In this document: in pieces, positions 1 to 13,414 of the stretch
Layout: each line of letters starts with the position of its first letter
Numbering within the stretch: the first letter of the stretch is position 1
Source: the human T2T-CHM13v2.0 reference genome, Homo sapiens
Assembly: GCF_009914755.1 (NCBI RefSeq)
Contig: NC_060933.1
Reading direction: 5' to 3' (one strand)
DNA: 64,000 nucleotides
The notes under the pieces: model-generated
Told to the model about the DNA's origin: nothing
Seen by the model: the letters and a program-made list of their open reading frames with translations, nothing else
Database searches by the model: none
Translations under genes and position numbers: made by a program

Positions 1-169
1 GAATTAATGAGAAAGTAAAATTTAAAAAGACATTATCAAATAATTACTTTTATAAGAACGTCTAAGTTCAGAGACTTGCATGAATGGATTTGTCATATCT
101 TCAGGGAATGGTTACTTCCCATGGGATTTAAACTGTTCCAGGAATTAATAAACAATGTAAATATTTCAA

Positions 170-1024
170 TTTTTTAATGATATATACACACATTCAGAAG
201 AGTACATGTATCCTAAATGATAAATATTAAGTGAGTGCCTCTGTAACCATTAGGCAAGTCACAAGATGGAATGTTTTCTGCACTCCTGATGCTCTCCAGG
301 TGTGTCTTCCCCTCATGGTCTTTTCACTCTCCCAAGGCCATAACCAGTATGGTAACTTTTGAAAGTAACTTTCTTCTATTTGTTTATGGTTTTAACTTAT
401 AGGAGCATCATCAAATGATATAGCTTAGTTTTTCATCTTTTTAAACTTTATATAAATGTATGTATTCTGACTGAATTCTCTTATTCCACATTTTGTTTGT
501 AAAATTTATTTGCATTGTTGTTATTACATGCGGCCCTAGCACATTCACTTTTGTCAATTACTCCATTGTATAAAGGACATTGTATGGAAAGTCTAAAAGT
601 AAGCCATCCAGTTTATTGTGGATTTTTTTAACTTTTTTTTCTGTTTTTAATCTATTTGAAATAATGTTGTTATGAACATCTTTGTACATGTTTCCTGGCA
701 TATGGGCATATATTTCTTCAGGGTATACTCTCAGATCTGAAATTGATAAGTTATGAGATATGCCTGTCATTAAACTTACTAGAGAATGTTATATTGCTTT
801 CCAAAGTTGTATTCCAATTTGCCTATTATGTAGTAGGGTATGGAAATTTCTGTTGCTCTACAAATTCATCAACAACTAGTATTGACAGACATTTTTTATT
901 GTTTGGCAATATGGTGGTTGTGATTTTAAATTTGACTTACTATTGGGGTTCAGTATTTTTACCTACGTTTATTAATCATTTGGATTTCCTCTTTTGTTAA
1001 ATCCCCATTCAATTATTTGGCCCA
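170..1024 (-). mobile_element. Ancient, highly diverged L1 (L1M/L1ME-type) 3' region, left part; interrupted by the full-length L1 at ~1025
   Basis: Degenerate antisense L1 3' sequence (ataatgttgttatgaacatctttgtacatg..., ttccaaagttgt, ttggatttcctcttttgt) that resumes colinearly at ~7560. Confidence 0.65.
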
Positions 1025-4000
1025 GGAAGGAGCCAAGATGGCTCTCCCAATGAGATACTAGACCATCAAAAAAACTGGAACACTCCAGGCATATCTTCAG
1101 AAGGAAAGCATTGAGAACAAACAGAGGGAGGATATAGATCCTAGGCTGAAGAGTAAGGCGGCTGGGAAACCTGCACAGGGCTACTGTGTACCAGGACTCA
1201 TTCCTGGACCCCAGTGGTTCCTGGGGAAGAGGTGAGTTAAATGAGTAAGGAGTGAGCATATTATATTATACTGCCAAAGATCTCCAGAATCCTAGTGCAG
1301 GAGACCTCACAGCCCCTACAGACACAAGCTGAAAGGGAAAGCAGTTTGGAGAGGTGGCAGGGACAGGACTTTAGCCTGTGTAAAGCCCACAGGGTATGGC
1401 ATGGGAATGGCTGCAGTGGAGTATGAACTGGGACAGCCATCCCTAAAGGCTCGCCACACTCTTCTAGGTGGTTTTGGCCTTTGTTGATTGTTGGACCTGG
1501 ACAGAGTTGGGCTGTCTTGCCTGTGAGATGAAGCCAGTCTGATCTGAACTCCCTTCTGTTTTCCAGGCTCTCATGGGGTCCCTGCCTGGCCACACCCACT
1601 TGTAGCCTCAGGTGCCTAACAAGTTGCTTCCTAGCAGCCAACACCAAGGCTACTTCACTGGCAGACTGCACATGACCATCAGAGAACTCCATCACAAGGG
1701 ACCCTGCCAATGCACAACCACCCACCTGTAGCCTCCCCCCACCATTTTGTTGTCATGCACTCATCTGCAGCCCTTGTGCACTGCATTGCTGTCATGTGTG
1801 CAAGTAGAACACACTACCCCTCCACCACCAGCACACAAGCACAGCCCACCACCTCCATTGACGCACGTGTACTCCACTGCACTACCACCCCGTCTCCCTT
1901 TGGAACCACATGCCCACTGACACATGTGCACCCTGCCATGCCACTGCCACTGCTGGCATGTGCATATGAGCTCAGACCCTCTGCCACTCCCCCAGTGAAG
2001 CACATTAGCTTGCACTCCCCATTGAAGTGTTGTTGCCAGTGGACCAGGAATACCTCAGCCCCTCCAGTTCAGCAGGTGCTTAACCTTCAGGGGCTAGGGA
2101 ACAAACCCATAGGCCTGGTACCAGCCCCCAGGGTTAGAATCCACAGCTCATGAGTGCCAAGCAAAGCCTTAGCCCCCTGAAATTTTCCAGAAACAAAGCT
2201 AGTGAACTCAGCCTACCTTATATCACAGTCAAACCCTCAAGGTAATTAAATAATATAAAAGCAAAAAAAATCCAAAGAAAAGCAGTTTCAAAGACCAAAT
2301 GACCATCAGCCACTCAGATGAAAGAGAAACAGCTCAAGAACTCAGGGAACTTAAAAAGCCATAGTGTCTTCTTACATCCAGACATCCACACTAGTTCCCC
2401 CGCAATGGTTCTTATCCAGGTGGAAATGGTCAAATGACAGGCATAGAATTCAAAATCTGGATAGGAACAAAGATCATTGAGATTCAGGAGAAAGTTGAAA
2501 CCCAATCCAAGGAATCTAAGGAATCCAATATAGTGATACAAGAGCTGAAAGATTAAATAGCCATTTTGAAAAAGAACCACACTGATCTGATAGAGCTGAA
2601 AAACTCACTACAAGAACTTCATAATACAATTGGAAGTATTAACAGCAGAGTAGACCAAGTTGAGGAAAGAACCTCATATCTCGAAGACCAATTTTACAAA
2701 TCAATTTAGTCTGATAAAAATAAACAATAAGGAATTAAAAAGAATGAACAAAACCTCAAAGAAATATTGGATTATATAGAGACAAACCTATGACTCATTG
2801 GTGTCCCTGAAAGAGAGGGGGAGAGAGCTGCCAATGTGCAAAACATATTTGAGAATATTGTTCATGAGTCTTTCCACAACCTCAATAGAGAGGATAACAT
2901 TCAAATTCAGGAAATGCTGAGAACAGCCATGAGATACTATACAAGATGACCATCCCCAAAACATGTAGTCATCAGATTCTCTGAGGTCAGTAAGTAAGAA
3001 AAAATATTAAAGGCAGTTAAAGAGAAGGGGCAGGTCACCTACAAAGGGAACCCATCAGGCTAATAGGAGACATTTCAGCAGAAACCCTACAAGCCAGAAG
3101 AGATTGGGGGCCTATATTCAGCATTCTTAAAGAAGAGAAATTCCAACCAAAAATTTTATATCCAGTCAAAGTAAGCTTCATAAGTGAAGGAGAAATAAAA
3201 CCCTTTCAGGCAAGTGAATGCTGAGGGAATTCATTACCATCAGACTGCCTTACCAGAGGCCCTTATGGGAGTGCCAAACATGGAAACAAAAGACCATTAC
3301 AAGCCACCATAAAAACACACTTACTACATAGATAACTGGCACTACAAAGCAACTACCCAATCAAGTCTTCATAGCAACCAGCTAACAAAATAATGACAGG
3401 ATCAAATCTGCACGTATCAGTATTAACCTTGAGCATAAATGAGCTACATATCCCCACAGAAAAGGCGTAGAATGGCAAGTTTGATAAAGAAGCAAGACCC
3501 AACTATATGCTGTTTATAGAACACCCATCTCATATGCAAGGACACCCATTGGTTCAAACAAACAGAAAACACAAAGAGCAGCGGGTTGCTATTCTAATTT
3601 TAAACAAAACAAACCTTAAACCAACAACAATAAAAAAAAGGACGAAGAAGGGCATTGTATAATGATAAATAGTTCAATTCAACAACAAGATTTTAACTAT
3701 CTTAAATATATGTACACCCAACACTAGAGGAGCCAGATTTATAAAATGAGTTCTTGGAGACCTACAAAGAGATGCACATAACCACACAATAATAGTAGGA
3801 GATGTCAACACCCCACTGACAGTGTCAGACAGATCATTGAGGCAGAAAACTCTCAAAGATGTTTAATACCTGAACTTAACACTTGACCAAATGGACCTAA
3901 CAGTCATCTACAGAACACTCCACCTCCAACAGAATATACATTCCTCTCATCTACACATAGGACATACCTGAAATTGAACCCACGATTGGCCGTAAAACAG

Positions 4001-7000
4001 TTATCAACAAACTCAAAAAAACCGAAGTCACACCAACCACACTGTCAGACCACAGTGAAATAAAAATAGAAATCAATTCTAATGTCAAACCACAATGCAA
4101 TAAAAATAGAAATCAGTTCTAAGAAGCTCTCTCAAAGCCATATGATTACATGGAAATTAAATAACCTGCTTCTGAATTGCTTTTGGGTAAACAATAAAAT
4201 TAAGGCAGATACCAAGAAATTATTTGAAACTAATGACAACAAAGATACAGAATACCAGAAGCTCTGAGACACAGCTAAAGCAATGTTAGAGTATAGTTTT
4301 GCTAAACGCCAACATGGAAAAGTTAGAAAGACCTAGCATCACACCTAGAGGAAGGAGAAAAACAAGAGCAAACCAGCCTCAAAACTAGTAGAAAACAATA
4401 CATAACCAAAATTATAGCTGATGTGAATGAAATTGAGATGCAAAAAGGCATACAAAAGGTGGATGAAACTAAAAGTTCTTTGAAAGAATAAATAAAATAA
4501 AAATAAATAAAAGAATAAATAAATAATAAATAGAATAAAAAACCAAAAGTCAGTTCTTTGAATGAATAAAGAAAAAATAAAATTGATAGACTGCTAGCTG
4601 GACTAAAAAAGAAAAAAAAAAGAGAAGATCCAAATAAACAATCAGAAATGATAAAGGGGACATTATTATCAATGCCACATAAATATATTAAAGAAAACCC
4701 TCAAAGACTAGTATAAACACCTACGTGCAAACAAATTAGAAAAGCTAGAAGAAATGAACAAATTCCTGGAAACATACAATGTCCCAAGATTGAACAAGGA
4801 AGAAATTGAAACCAAGAATAGACCAACAACAAGTTCCGAAATCGAAGCAGTAACAAAAAGCCTACCAACCAGAAAAAGTCCTGTACCAGACAAATTCACA
4901 GCTGAAAGCTGAATCCTACCAAACATATAAAGAAGAGCTGGTACCAATCCTACTGAAACTATTCCAAAAAATTGAGTAGGAGGGACGCTTCCCTAACTCA
5001 TTATATGGGGCCAGCATCATTCTGATACCAAAACCTGACAGAGACACAAGAAAGGAATATTTTAGACCAACGTACCTGATGAACATAGTCACAAAAATCT
5101 TCAACAAAATCATAGCAAACCAAATCCAGCAGTACATCAAAAAGCTAATCCACCATGATCAAGTAGCCTTTATCCCTGAGATGCAAGGTTGCTTCAACAT
5201 AGGCAAATCAATAAATGTGATTCCTCACATAAACAAAGCTAAAAACAAAAACTACATGATCATCTCAACAGATGCAGAAGACTTTCAATAATATTCAATA
5301 GCCCTTTATGTTTTAAACCCTCAACAAACTAGGCACTGAAGGAACATACCTCAATATAATAAGAGCCATCTGTGACAAACCCACAGGCAACATAATACTG
5401 AATGAGAAAAAGCTGTAAACATTACCCTTGAGAACCAGAACAAGACAAGGATGCTCACTCTTATCACTCCTATTCAACACAGTACTAAAAGTCCTAGCCA
5501 GAGCAATCAAGTTAAGAGAAAGGAATAAAAGGCATCCAAATAACAGAGAACATCAAACTATATCCCTTCACTACATCTCTTCACAGATGATATGATTTTA
5601 TTATACCTAGAAAACCCCATAGTCTCTGTCCAAAAGCTTCTAGATCTGATAAACAACTTCAACAAAGTTTCAGGATACAAAATCCATGTACCAAAATCAG
5701 TAGCATTTCTATCTACCAACAATGTCCAATCTAAATGCCAAATCAAGAATGCATATCACATCGCAATAGCCACAAAATATAGAATGCTTAGGAATACAGC
5801 TAACCAGGGAGGTGAAAGATATCTAAAATGAGAATTACAAAGCACTGCTGAAATAAGTCAGAGATAACACAAACAAATGAAAAAATATTCCATGCTCATG
5901 GATAGGAAGAATCAATACTGTTAAAATGGCCATACTACTCAGACCTATTTCAGACTCAATGCTATTCCTATAAAACTACCAATGACATTTTTTACAGAAC
6001 TAGAAAAAAATTCCAAAATTTATATGGAACCAAAAAAGACCCTGAAAATCCAAATCCAAAGCAATCTTAAGAAAAAGAATGAAGGCCTCACATTACCTGA
6101 TTTTATACTACAAGGCTACGGAAACCAAAACAGCATGGTACTGGTACAAAAACAGACACACAGATCAATGCAACAAAATAGAGACCCCATAAGTAAAGCC
6201 ACACACCTAAAAACATCTGAGCTTCGATGAAGTCACCAAAAAGCAATGGGGAAAGAACTCCTTATTCAATAAATGGTGCTGGGATAACTGGCTAGCCATA
6301 TGCAGAAGATTGAAACTGGACCCCTTCCTTTCATTATAGACAAAAGTCAACTCAAGATAGACTACAGATTGAAATTTAAAATAGAAAACTATAAAGCCTC
6401 TAGAAGAAAACCTAATAAATACCATTCTGGGCATAGGCTCTTGCAAATATTTTATTATGAAGATTCTAAATGCAATTGTAACAAAAACAAAAATTGACAA
6501 GTGGGACCTAATTTAACTAAAGAGCTTCTGCAGACCAAAAGAAACTATCCAAAGAGTTAACCAACAACCTACAGAATGGGAGAAAATATTCACAAAATAT
6601 GCATTTGACAAAAGTCTAATGTCCAGAATCTATAAGGAACTCAAACAAATTAACAGGCGAAAAACAACCCTATTTTAAAAAGGTCAAAGGACATAAACAG
6701 ACACCTCCTAAAAGAAGACACACACACATGGCCAACAAGCATATGAAAAAATGTTCAACATCACTAATCATTAGAAACATGCAAATCAAAACCACAAGGA
6801 GATACCATCTTATACCAGTAAGAATAACAATTATTAAAAATTTAAAAGTAACAGACACTGGCAAGGTTGCACAGAAAAGGAAACGCTTATACACTGTTGG
6901 TGGGAGATTGTAAAAAGCAGTTTGGAGATTTCTCAAAGAACTTAAAACAGAGCGACCATCTGACCCAGCAGTCCCATTAGTGGGTATATATCCCACAGAA

Positions 7001-7535
7001 TATAAATCATTCTACCATAAAGACACGTGCAGGCATATGTTTATTGCAGCACTATTCACAATAGCAAAGACAGGGAATCAACCTAGATGCCCATCAATGG
7101 TGGACCAGATAAAGAAAATGTAGTACATATACTTTATGGAATACTATGCAGCCATAAAAAGAACAAAATTATATCCTTTGCAGCAAAATGGTTGTAGCTG
7201 GAGTCCATTGTCCTAAGCAAATTCATACAGGAACAGAAAACCAAATAACCACACGTTCTCCCTTATAAGTGGTAGCTAAACATGAGTACACATGGATGCG
7301 AAAAAGGGGACAATAGACACTGGGTCCTACCTGAAGATGGAAGGTGGGAGGAGGGTGAGGATTTTAAAAACTATCGGGTACTATGCTTATTATCTGAGTG
7401 ATGAAATAACCTGTACACCAAACCCCTGTGACATGCAATTTACCTATAAAACAAACCTGCACATGTACTCCTGAACCGAACATAAAAGTTGGGAAGAAAA
7501 TAAAGAAAAGAATTATTCCATCTAGCCAAAAAAAA
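1025..7535 (+). mobile_element. Full-length degenerate LINE-1, L1PA15/L1PA16-like
   Basis: 5' start ggagccaagatggc; ~1.3-kb GC-rich 5'UTR; ORF1 remnant ~2318-3385; ORF2 remnant from ATGACAGGATCAAAT at 3393 (track fragments such as [29 protein letters not shown]); 3'UTR gggtactatgcttattatctgagtgatgaaata...aaacctgcacatgtac; A-rich tail. Confidence 0.9.
4043..4122 (+). repeat. 40-bp tandem duplication inside L1 ORF2
   Basis: tgtcagaccacagtgaaataaaaatagaaatcaattctaa followed directly by tgtcaaaccacaatgcaataaaaatagaaatcagttctaa (4 mismatches). Confidence 0.9.
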
Positions 7536-7557
7536 TTTTTTTTAAAGCGAAAAATAA

Positions 7558-8150
7558 AATTTTGTGCACATTTCTATTGTGCTTTTTAAAAATATTGATT
7601 TGCAAATGTTCTTTACACAAGTTTTCTAGTAATCATATATATTATAAGTATTCTTTCTCATTCTTTGGCTTATATCTCTTTGTGGTATCTTCTGTAATTT
7701 AGTATAGTTGGATTTATCATTTTCCTTAATATACAGACATTTTGGTCTTGTCTATGATAGCTTTTTGTCTCCTAGTTAAGGATATTCTATATTATCTTCT
7801 AAAAGCCTTGTAGTTTGCCTTTTCCATTTAGGTCTACATGTATTCATTGGTTTTTGTGTATTGTATGATGTCTAATGTCGTTTTCTCTGTATAGAGGTCT
7901 TATTGTCCCAGTATCACTTATTGAAATACCTTTGTATATAATGAGTATGCATGTAATCATGGATCTGTTTATAGTCCCTTTATTCTGTTGTGTCTAGCTC
8001 TGCACTGTCTTAATTACTGGAACTTTATAATAAATCTTGAAAATTGTAGGAAAAGCTCTCACACTTCGACTAGGCTTTTTTAACCTTTTACATCTTCATA
8101 TGAATTTGGATTTTGATTAGGATTGCAATTCATCTTTAAAACAATTTGTA
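7558..8150 (-). mobile_element. Ancient L1M, right part (continuation of 170-1024)
   Basis: Antisense L1 ORF2 3' motifs (catttctattg, tttccatttaggtct, ttattgtcccagtatcacttattgaaa, gattttgattaggattgca). Confidence 0.6.
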
Positions 8151-9049
8151 AAATGAAATAGATTAAGAACATGCATCTAAGATGTCTTCCTCTTTTCTGA
8201 GGAATTATTTTACGAAAAAAATGCTTTCTATTGAATCTTATGCTTTAAAGATTCTCCATTAAAAAGATCCATCAATTTCTATCTTCATGTATTGCAAGTC
8301 TATGTTTCTCAGACTCATGATCTATATAAGAAACAGATGGAATTTTGTAAGGCTATTCTAATATTGGCACTATAACAATATTCATCATGTTTGGAATGAA
8401 TTATTTTTATGTAATGATGCTTTTAGGGAAGTTTTTCTCGGTTATCGACTCTGTGTAAAGAAACTCTGTGTGCCGAGTTCTGCAGAATAAATTTAGTCCC
8501 CTGATTTTAGATAAATATATTTAAATATTACATGAAATTGAGAACTGGTGCAAACTGATATTTTGAAGGCACTTACAGCACTTCTGAATTATGTAATGTG
8601 GGAATTTATATCCTTCATTAATATGTTTTAGCATTTTGCTATAGGTATAATATGTTAATTATAGGTAATTTATAAAGAATAGCATAGAGAAATTAAAAAG
8701 AACAATTAAAAAACCACCCAAATGGCTTCACCCAAAATTAATAATTTTTAATATTACAATAAACCAAATTTCCTTCTTGAATTTATATACAGCCGTATAC
8801 CCCATCTCCTACATGTCCATATATCTTAAAATCAGTATAAAATAGTTATTTCAATAAATTGGCACCAAAGATCCTTTATAGTTTTAAAAACAATGTATTT
8901 CATATTTTCAAAAAACAGGCAATTTTAATTCTGTGTAATTTTCTTTGGAGCACAAGAAAAGATGAAAGAGTATTCAATTTATTTTCTGAAGTTAGAAAAA
9001 CCTTGAAGTCAAAATATGACAATCAGTGCAAGTAAAAAAAAGACAAAAA

Positions 9050-9650
9050 TCATTTAAGAATTTAGAAGCAAAGTATGTAAATGAACTACCAGAAAATAGA
9101 GTATAACAGCATATTAAAAGACCAAACTACTATAATCAAGTAGAGCTTATCTTAGTGATGAGAGGATGTTTTAAAGTTAGGAAATTTATGAAAATAATTT
9201 GCAATATCACCAAGTCAAATAGGAAAACAAGAGAAACATTAGCTAATAGTGGATTAAGTAATAAATCACAAATACTGGACAAATTATACAATTTCATCAC
9301 TCAGCAACTATCATGATTATATATCCAAGAACTTGAGACAAAAACCAAGTATACTTAATACAAAATGGACTCTGAATGAAATCTATAAAATATATGTAGG
9401 AATCAATAACTTTTCTATGTCTTAGAATAAAGTTTGTAATATATGACCAAAATTTCATTTATAAAAACTGTAAAAATTATAAGACATATAAATAATGCTA
9501 AGAAGAAATGTGGATAATCCAGGTAAAGAAAATTAATTATTCAAGCCATCTTTTATGTCTGTTACTTAAACTGTAGGAAAACATACCATGTTCCTGAATA
9601 GTAAAGTTGAATATTGTAAAATGTTGATTCTTCTTCAGTTTTATTGGTTT
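9050..9650 (+). mobile_element. Very old L1 ORF2 (RT-region) fragment
   Basis: Degenerate sense L1 motifs (acagcatattaaaag, aatcaagtagagcttatc, ataccatgttcctgaatagtaaagttgaatattgtaaa). Confidence 0.5.
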
Positions 9651-9796
9651 AATTTACTGTGATAAAGAATCATTAGTTTTTGTGATATTTTTTGAAATTT
9701 ATGTTAATTGACAAATAATAATAGTACATATTCATGGGGTACATAATATTTCAGTACATACAATGTGCAGTAATCAGATTAGGGTAATTAGCACAT

Positions 9797-9843
9797 CATT
9801 TATTTCTTTGTGTTGAGAAACATTTATTTCTTTGTGTTGAGAA
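9797..9843 (+). repeat. Perfect 23-bp tandem duplication
   Basis: catttatttctttgtgttgagaa at 9797-9819 and 9821-9843. Confidence 0.9.
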
Positions 9844-12250
9844 CATTCAGTATCTTCCTTCTAGCTATAGTAAACCTTATATTATTGTTAACTATATTCA
9901 ACCTACAGTGATATAGAACACTATAACTTATTCCTCCTATTTAGCTGTCGTTTTGTGTCCTTTAACAAATCCCTATGTATTTTACCCTTTCACCTTCCTT
10001 CCCAACCTTTAGTATCTTCTATTCTACTTTTCACTTCTATGAGATCAGCTTATTAAGTTTCTACATATGAGTGAGAATATGTGTTTAGCTTTCTGTTCCT
10101 GGTCTACTTTACTTAACAATAATGTCCTCTAGTTCCATCCATGATGTTATGAATGACAGAATTTCATTCATTTTTATATCTGAATAGTATTCCATTGTGT
10201 TTATATACATTTTCTTTATCCATCAATCTCTTCATGGACTCCTAGATTGATTCCATTATCTTGGCCATTGTGAACAGTGTAGCAATAAACATGGGGCAGC
10301 AGGAATTCCTTTGATATGTTGATTACTTTTTGGGGGTAAATACCCAGTAGCAGTGAGATTGCTGGATCATATGGTAGCTCTATTTTTGTTATTTTTTTTT
10401 TCAGAAATCTCCATACTGTTTATCACAGTAGCTTTTTAATTTGCATTCCCAACACCACTGTATTTGTGTTCACTACTCTCTGCATTCTGACTAGCATTTG
10501 TTATTTTTTTTGTCTTTTTAGTAATAGCCATTTACACAGGGGTAAGCTATCTTGTTGTTTTGATTTTCATTTCCCTGATGATTAGTAATGTTGAGCATTT
10601 TTATATACCTTTTGACTGTGTGTATGTCTTCTCTTGACAAATGTCTATTCATGTCCTTTATCCACTTTTAATGGGATTATTGGTTTTTTATTGTTCAATT
10701 GTTTGAGTTCCTTGTATATACTAAATATTAGTCCCTTGTCAAATGAATGGTTTGCAAATATTTTCTCCCATTCAACAGATTGTGTCTTCACTCTGTCTAT
10801 TGTTTCCTTGACTGTGCAGAAGCTTTTTAGTGTAATATGGTCCTATTTGTCTATTCTGTTTTTGTTGCCTGTGTTTTTGAGGTCTTAACCATTAAATATT
10901 TGCCTGGACCAATGTACTGATCTAGCGGTTTTATAGCATCAGGCCTTATATTTAAGTCTTTAATTTATCTTGAGTTGATTTTTGTATATAGTGAGAGATG
11001 GGTACAGTTTTGTTCCTCTGCATATGGATATCTGATTTTCCCAACACCACTTATTGAAGAGGTTGTTCTTTCCCCACTGTATGTTCTTGGTGCCTTTATT
11101 TAAATTCAGTTGGCTGGAAGTATGCAGATTTATTTCTGGGTTGTATATTCTGTTTCATTGAATCTGTGTTGCTGTTTTTATACCAATACCATGCTATTTC
11201 ATTATTATGACCTTGTAATAAATTTTGAAGTAAGGTAATGTGATGGCTCCAGTTTTGTTCCTTTTACTCAGCATTGCTTTGACTATTCAGGCTAATTTTT
11301 GGTTTCATATAAATTTTAGAATTTTATTTCTGTGAAAAATGACATTTGTATTTTGATAGAGATTGCATTAAATATGTAGACTGCTTTGGACATTGTTGTC
11401 ATTTTAACTATATTAATTCTTTCAATCCGTGAGCATGAGATGTCTTTCCAATTGTTTGTGGCCTTCTCAGTTTCTTTCATCAGTGTTTTGTAGTTTTCTT
11501 TGTAGAGTTTTCTAATCTCTTTGGTGAAATTTATTCCTAGATAGTTCAAATTTTTTTGTAGCTATTGTACATGGGATTCCTTCTTTCTCTGCTAGTTCAT
11601 TACTAGGGTATAGAAATATTACTGATTTTTGCATGTTGATTTTGTATCCTGCAACTTTGCCGAGTTGATTTATCAGATCGAAGAGTTTTTTGGAGTTTTT
11701 AGGTTTTTCTAGATATAAGATCATGTCATCTGCAAAAAGGAACATTTAACTTTCTCTTTGCCAATTTGAATGTCTTTTTTTTTTCTCCTGCTTGATTTCT
11801 CTGGCTAGAACTTCCAGTACTGTGTTGAATAGGATTGGTGAAAGTGGGCATCCTTGTCTTTAGCCAGTACTTAAAGAGAAAGTTTTCAGCTTTTCCCAAT
11901 CCAGTGGAAGTTTAGCTGGGGGTTTATTGTATATGCCCTTTATTATGTTGAGGTGTGTTCCTTCCATGCCTAGTTTTTTGAGAATTTTTATCATAAAGGG
12001 ATATTGAATTTTATTAATTGCTTTTTCTGTATCTATTGAGATTATCATAGATTTTTGTCCTTCATTCTGTTAATGTTAGATATTATATTTATTGATTTGC
12101 ATATGTTAAACCATCTTTGCATCACTGGGTTAAGTCCCAGTTGATCATTGTGTATTATCTTTATGATATGCTGTCTGATTCAGTTTGCTAGTATTTTGTT
12201 GAGAGTTTTTGTTTTTATGTTTATCAGGGATATTGGCTTATGATTTTCTT

Positions 12251-13414
12251 TTTTTTTTTAAATTGTACTTTAAATTTTAGGGTACATGTGCACAACGTGC
12301 AGGTTTGTTACACATGTATACATGCGCCATGTTGGTGTGCTGCACCCATTAACTCATCATTTACATTAGATATATCTCCTAATGCTATCCCTCCCCCCTC
12401 CCACCACCCCGCAACAGTCCCTGGTGTGTGATGTTCCCCTTCCTGTGTCTAAGTGTTCTCATTGTTCAGTTCCCACCTATGAGTGAGAACATGGGGTGTT
12501 TTGTTTTTTTGTCCTTGCGATAATTTGCTGAGAATGATGGTTTCCAGCTTCATCCATGTCCCTACAAAGGACATGAACTCATCATTTTTTATGGCTGCAT
12601 AGGATTCCATGGGTATATGTGCCACATTTTCTTAATCCAGTCTATCAGTGTTGGACATTTGGGTTCGTTCCAAGTCTTTGCTATTGTGAATAGTGCTGCA
12701 ATAAACATACATGTGCATATGTCTTTATAGCAGCCTGATTTATAATCCTTTGGGTATATACCCAGTATGGGATGGCTGGGTCAAATGGTATTTCTAGTTC
12801 TAGATCCCTGAGGAATCGCCACACTGACTTCCACAATGGTTGAACTAGTTTACATTCCCACTAACAGTGTAAAAGTGTTCCTATTTCTCCACATCCTCTC
12901 CAGCACCTGTTGTTTCCTGACTTTTTAATGATTGCCATTCTAACTGGTGTGAGATGGTATCTCATTGTGGTTTTGATTTGCATTTCTCTGATGACCAGTG
13001 ATGATGAGCATTTTTTCATGTGTCTTTTGGCTGCATAAATGTCTTCTTTTGAGAAGTGTCTGTTCATATCCTTTGCCTACTTGTTGATGGGGTTGTTTGT
13101 TTTTTTTCTTGTAAATTTGTTTGAGTTCTTTGTAGATTCTGGATATTAGCTCTTTGTCAGATGAGTAGATTGCAAAAATTTTCTCCCATTCTGTAGGTTG
13201 CCTGTTCACTCTGATGATAGTTTCTTTTTCTGTGCAGAAGCTCTTTAGTTTAATTAGATCCCATTTGTCAATTTTGGCTTTTGTTGCCATTGCTTTTGGT
13301 GTTTTAGACATGAAGTCCTTGCCCATGCCTATGTCCTGAATGGTATTGCCTAGATTTTCTTCTAGGGTTTTTATGGTTTTAGGTCTAACAGTTAAGTCTT
13401 TAATCCATCTTGAA
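12251..13414 (-). mobile_element. 5'-truncated young L1 (L1PA3/L1PA4-like, ~1.16 kb) nested in the L1MA in the same orientation
   Basis: PolyT then L1PA 3'UTR (ggtacatgtgcacaacgtgcagg) and ORF2 C-terminus; TSD ttatgattttcttttttt starting at 12238 and 13415. Confidence 0.93.

Noticed and set aside
1261-2153. Several 60-154 aa ORFs on both strands
   Set aside because: They lie in the GC-rich, repetitive 5'UTR of the old L1 and resemble no protein I recognise.
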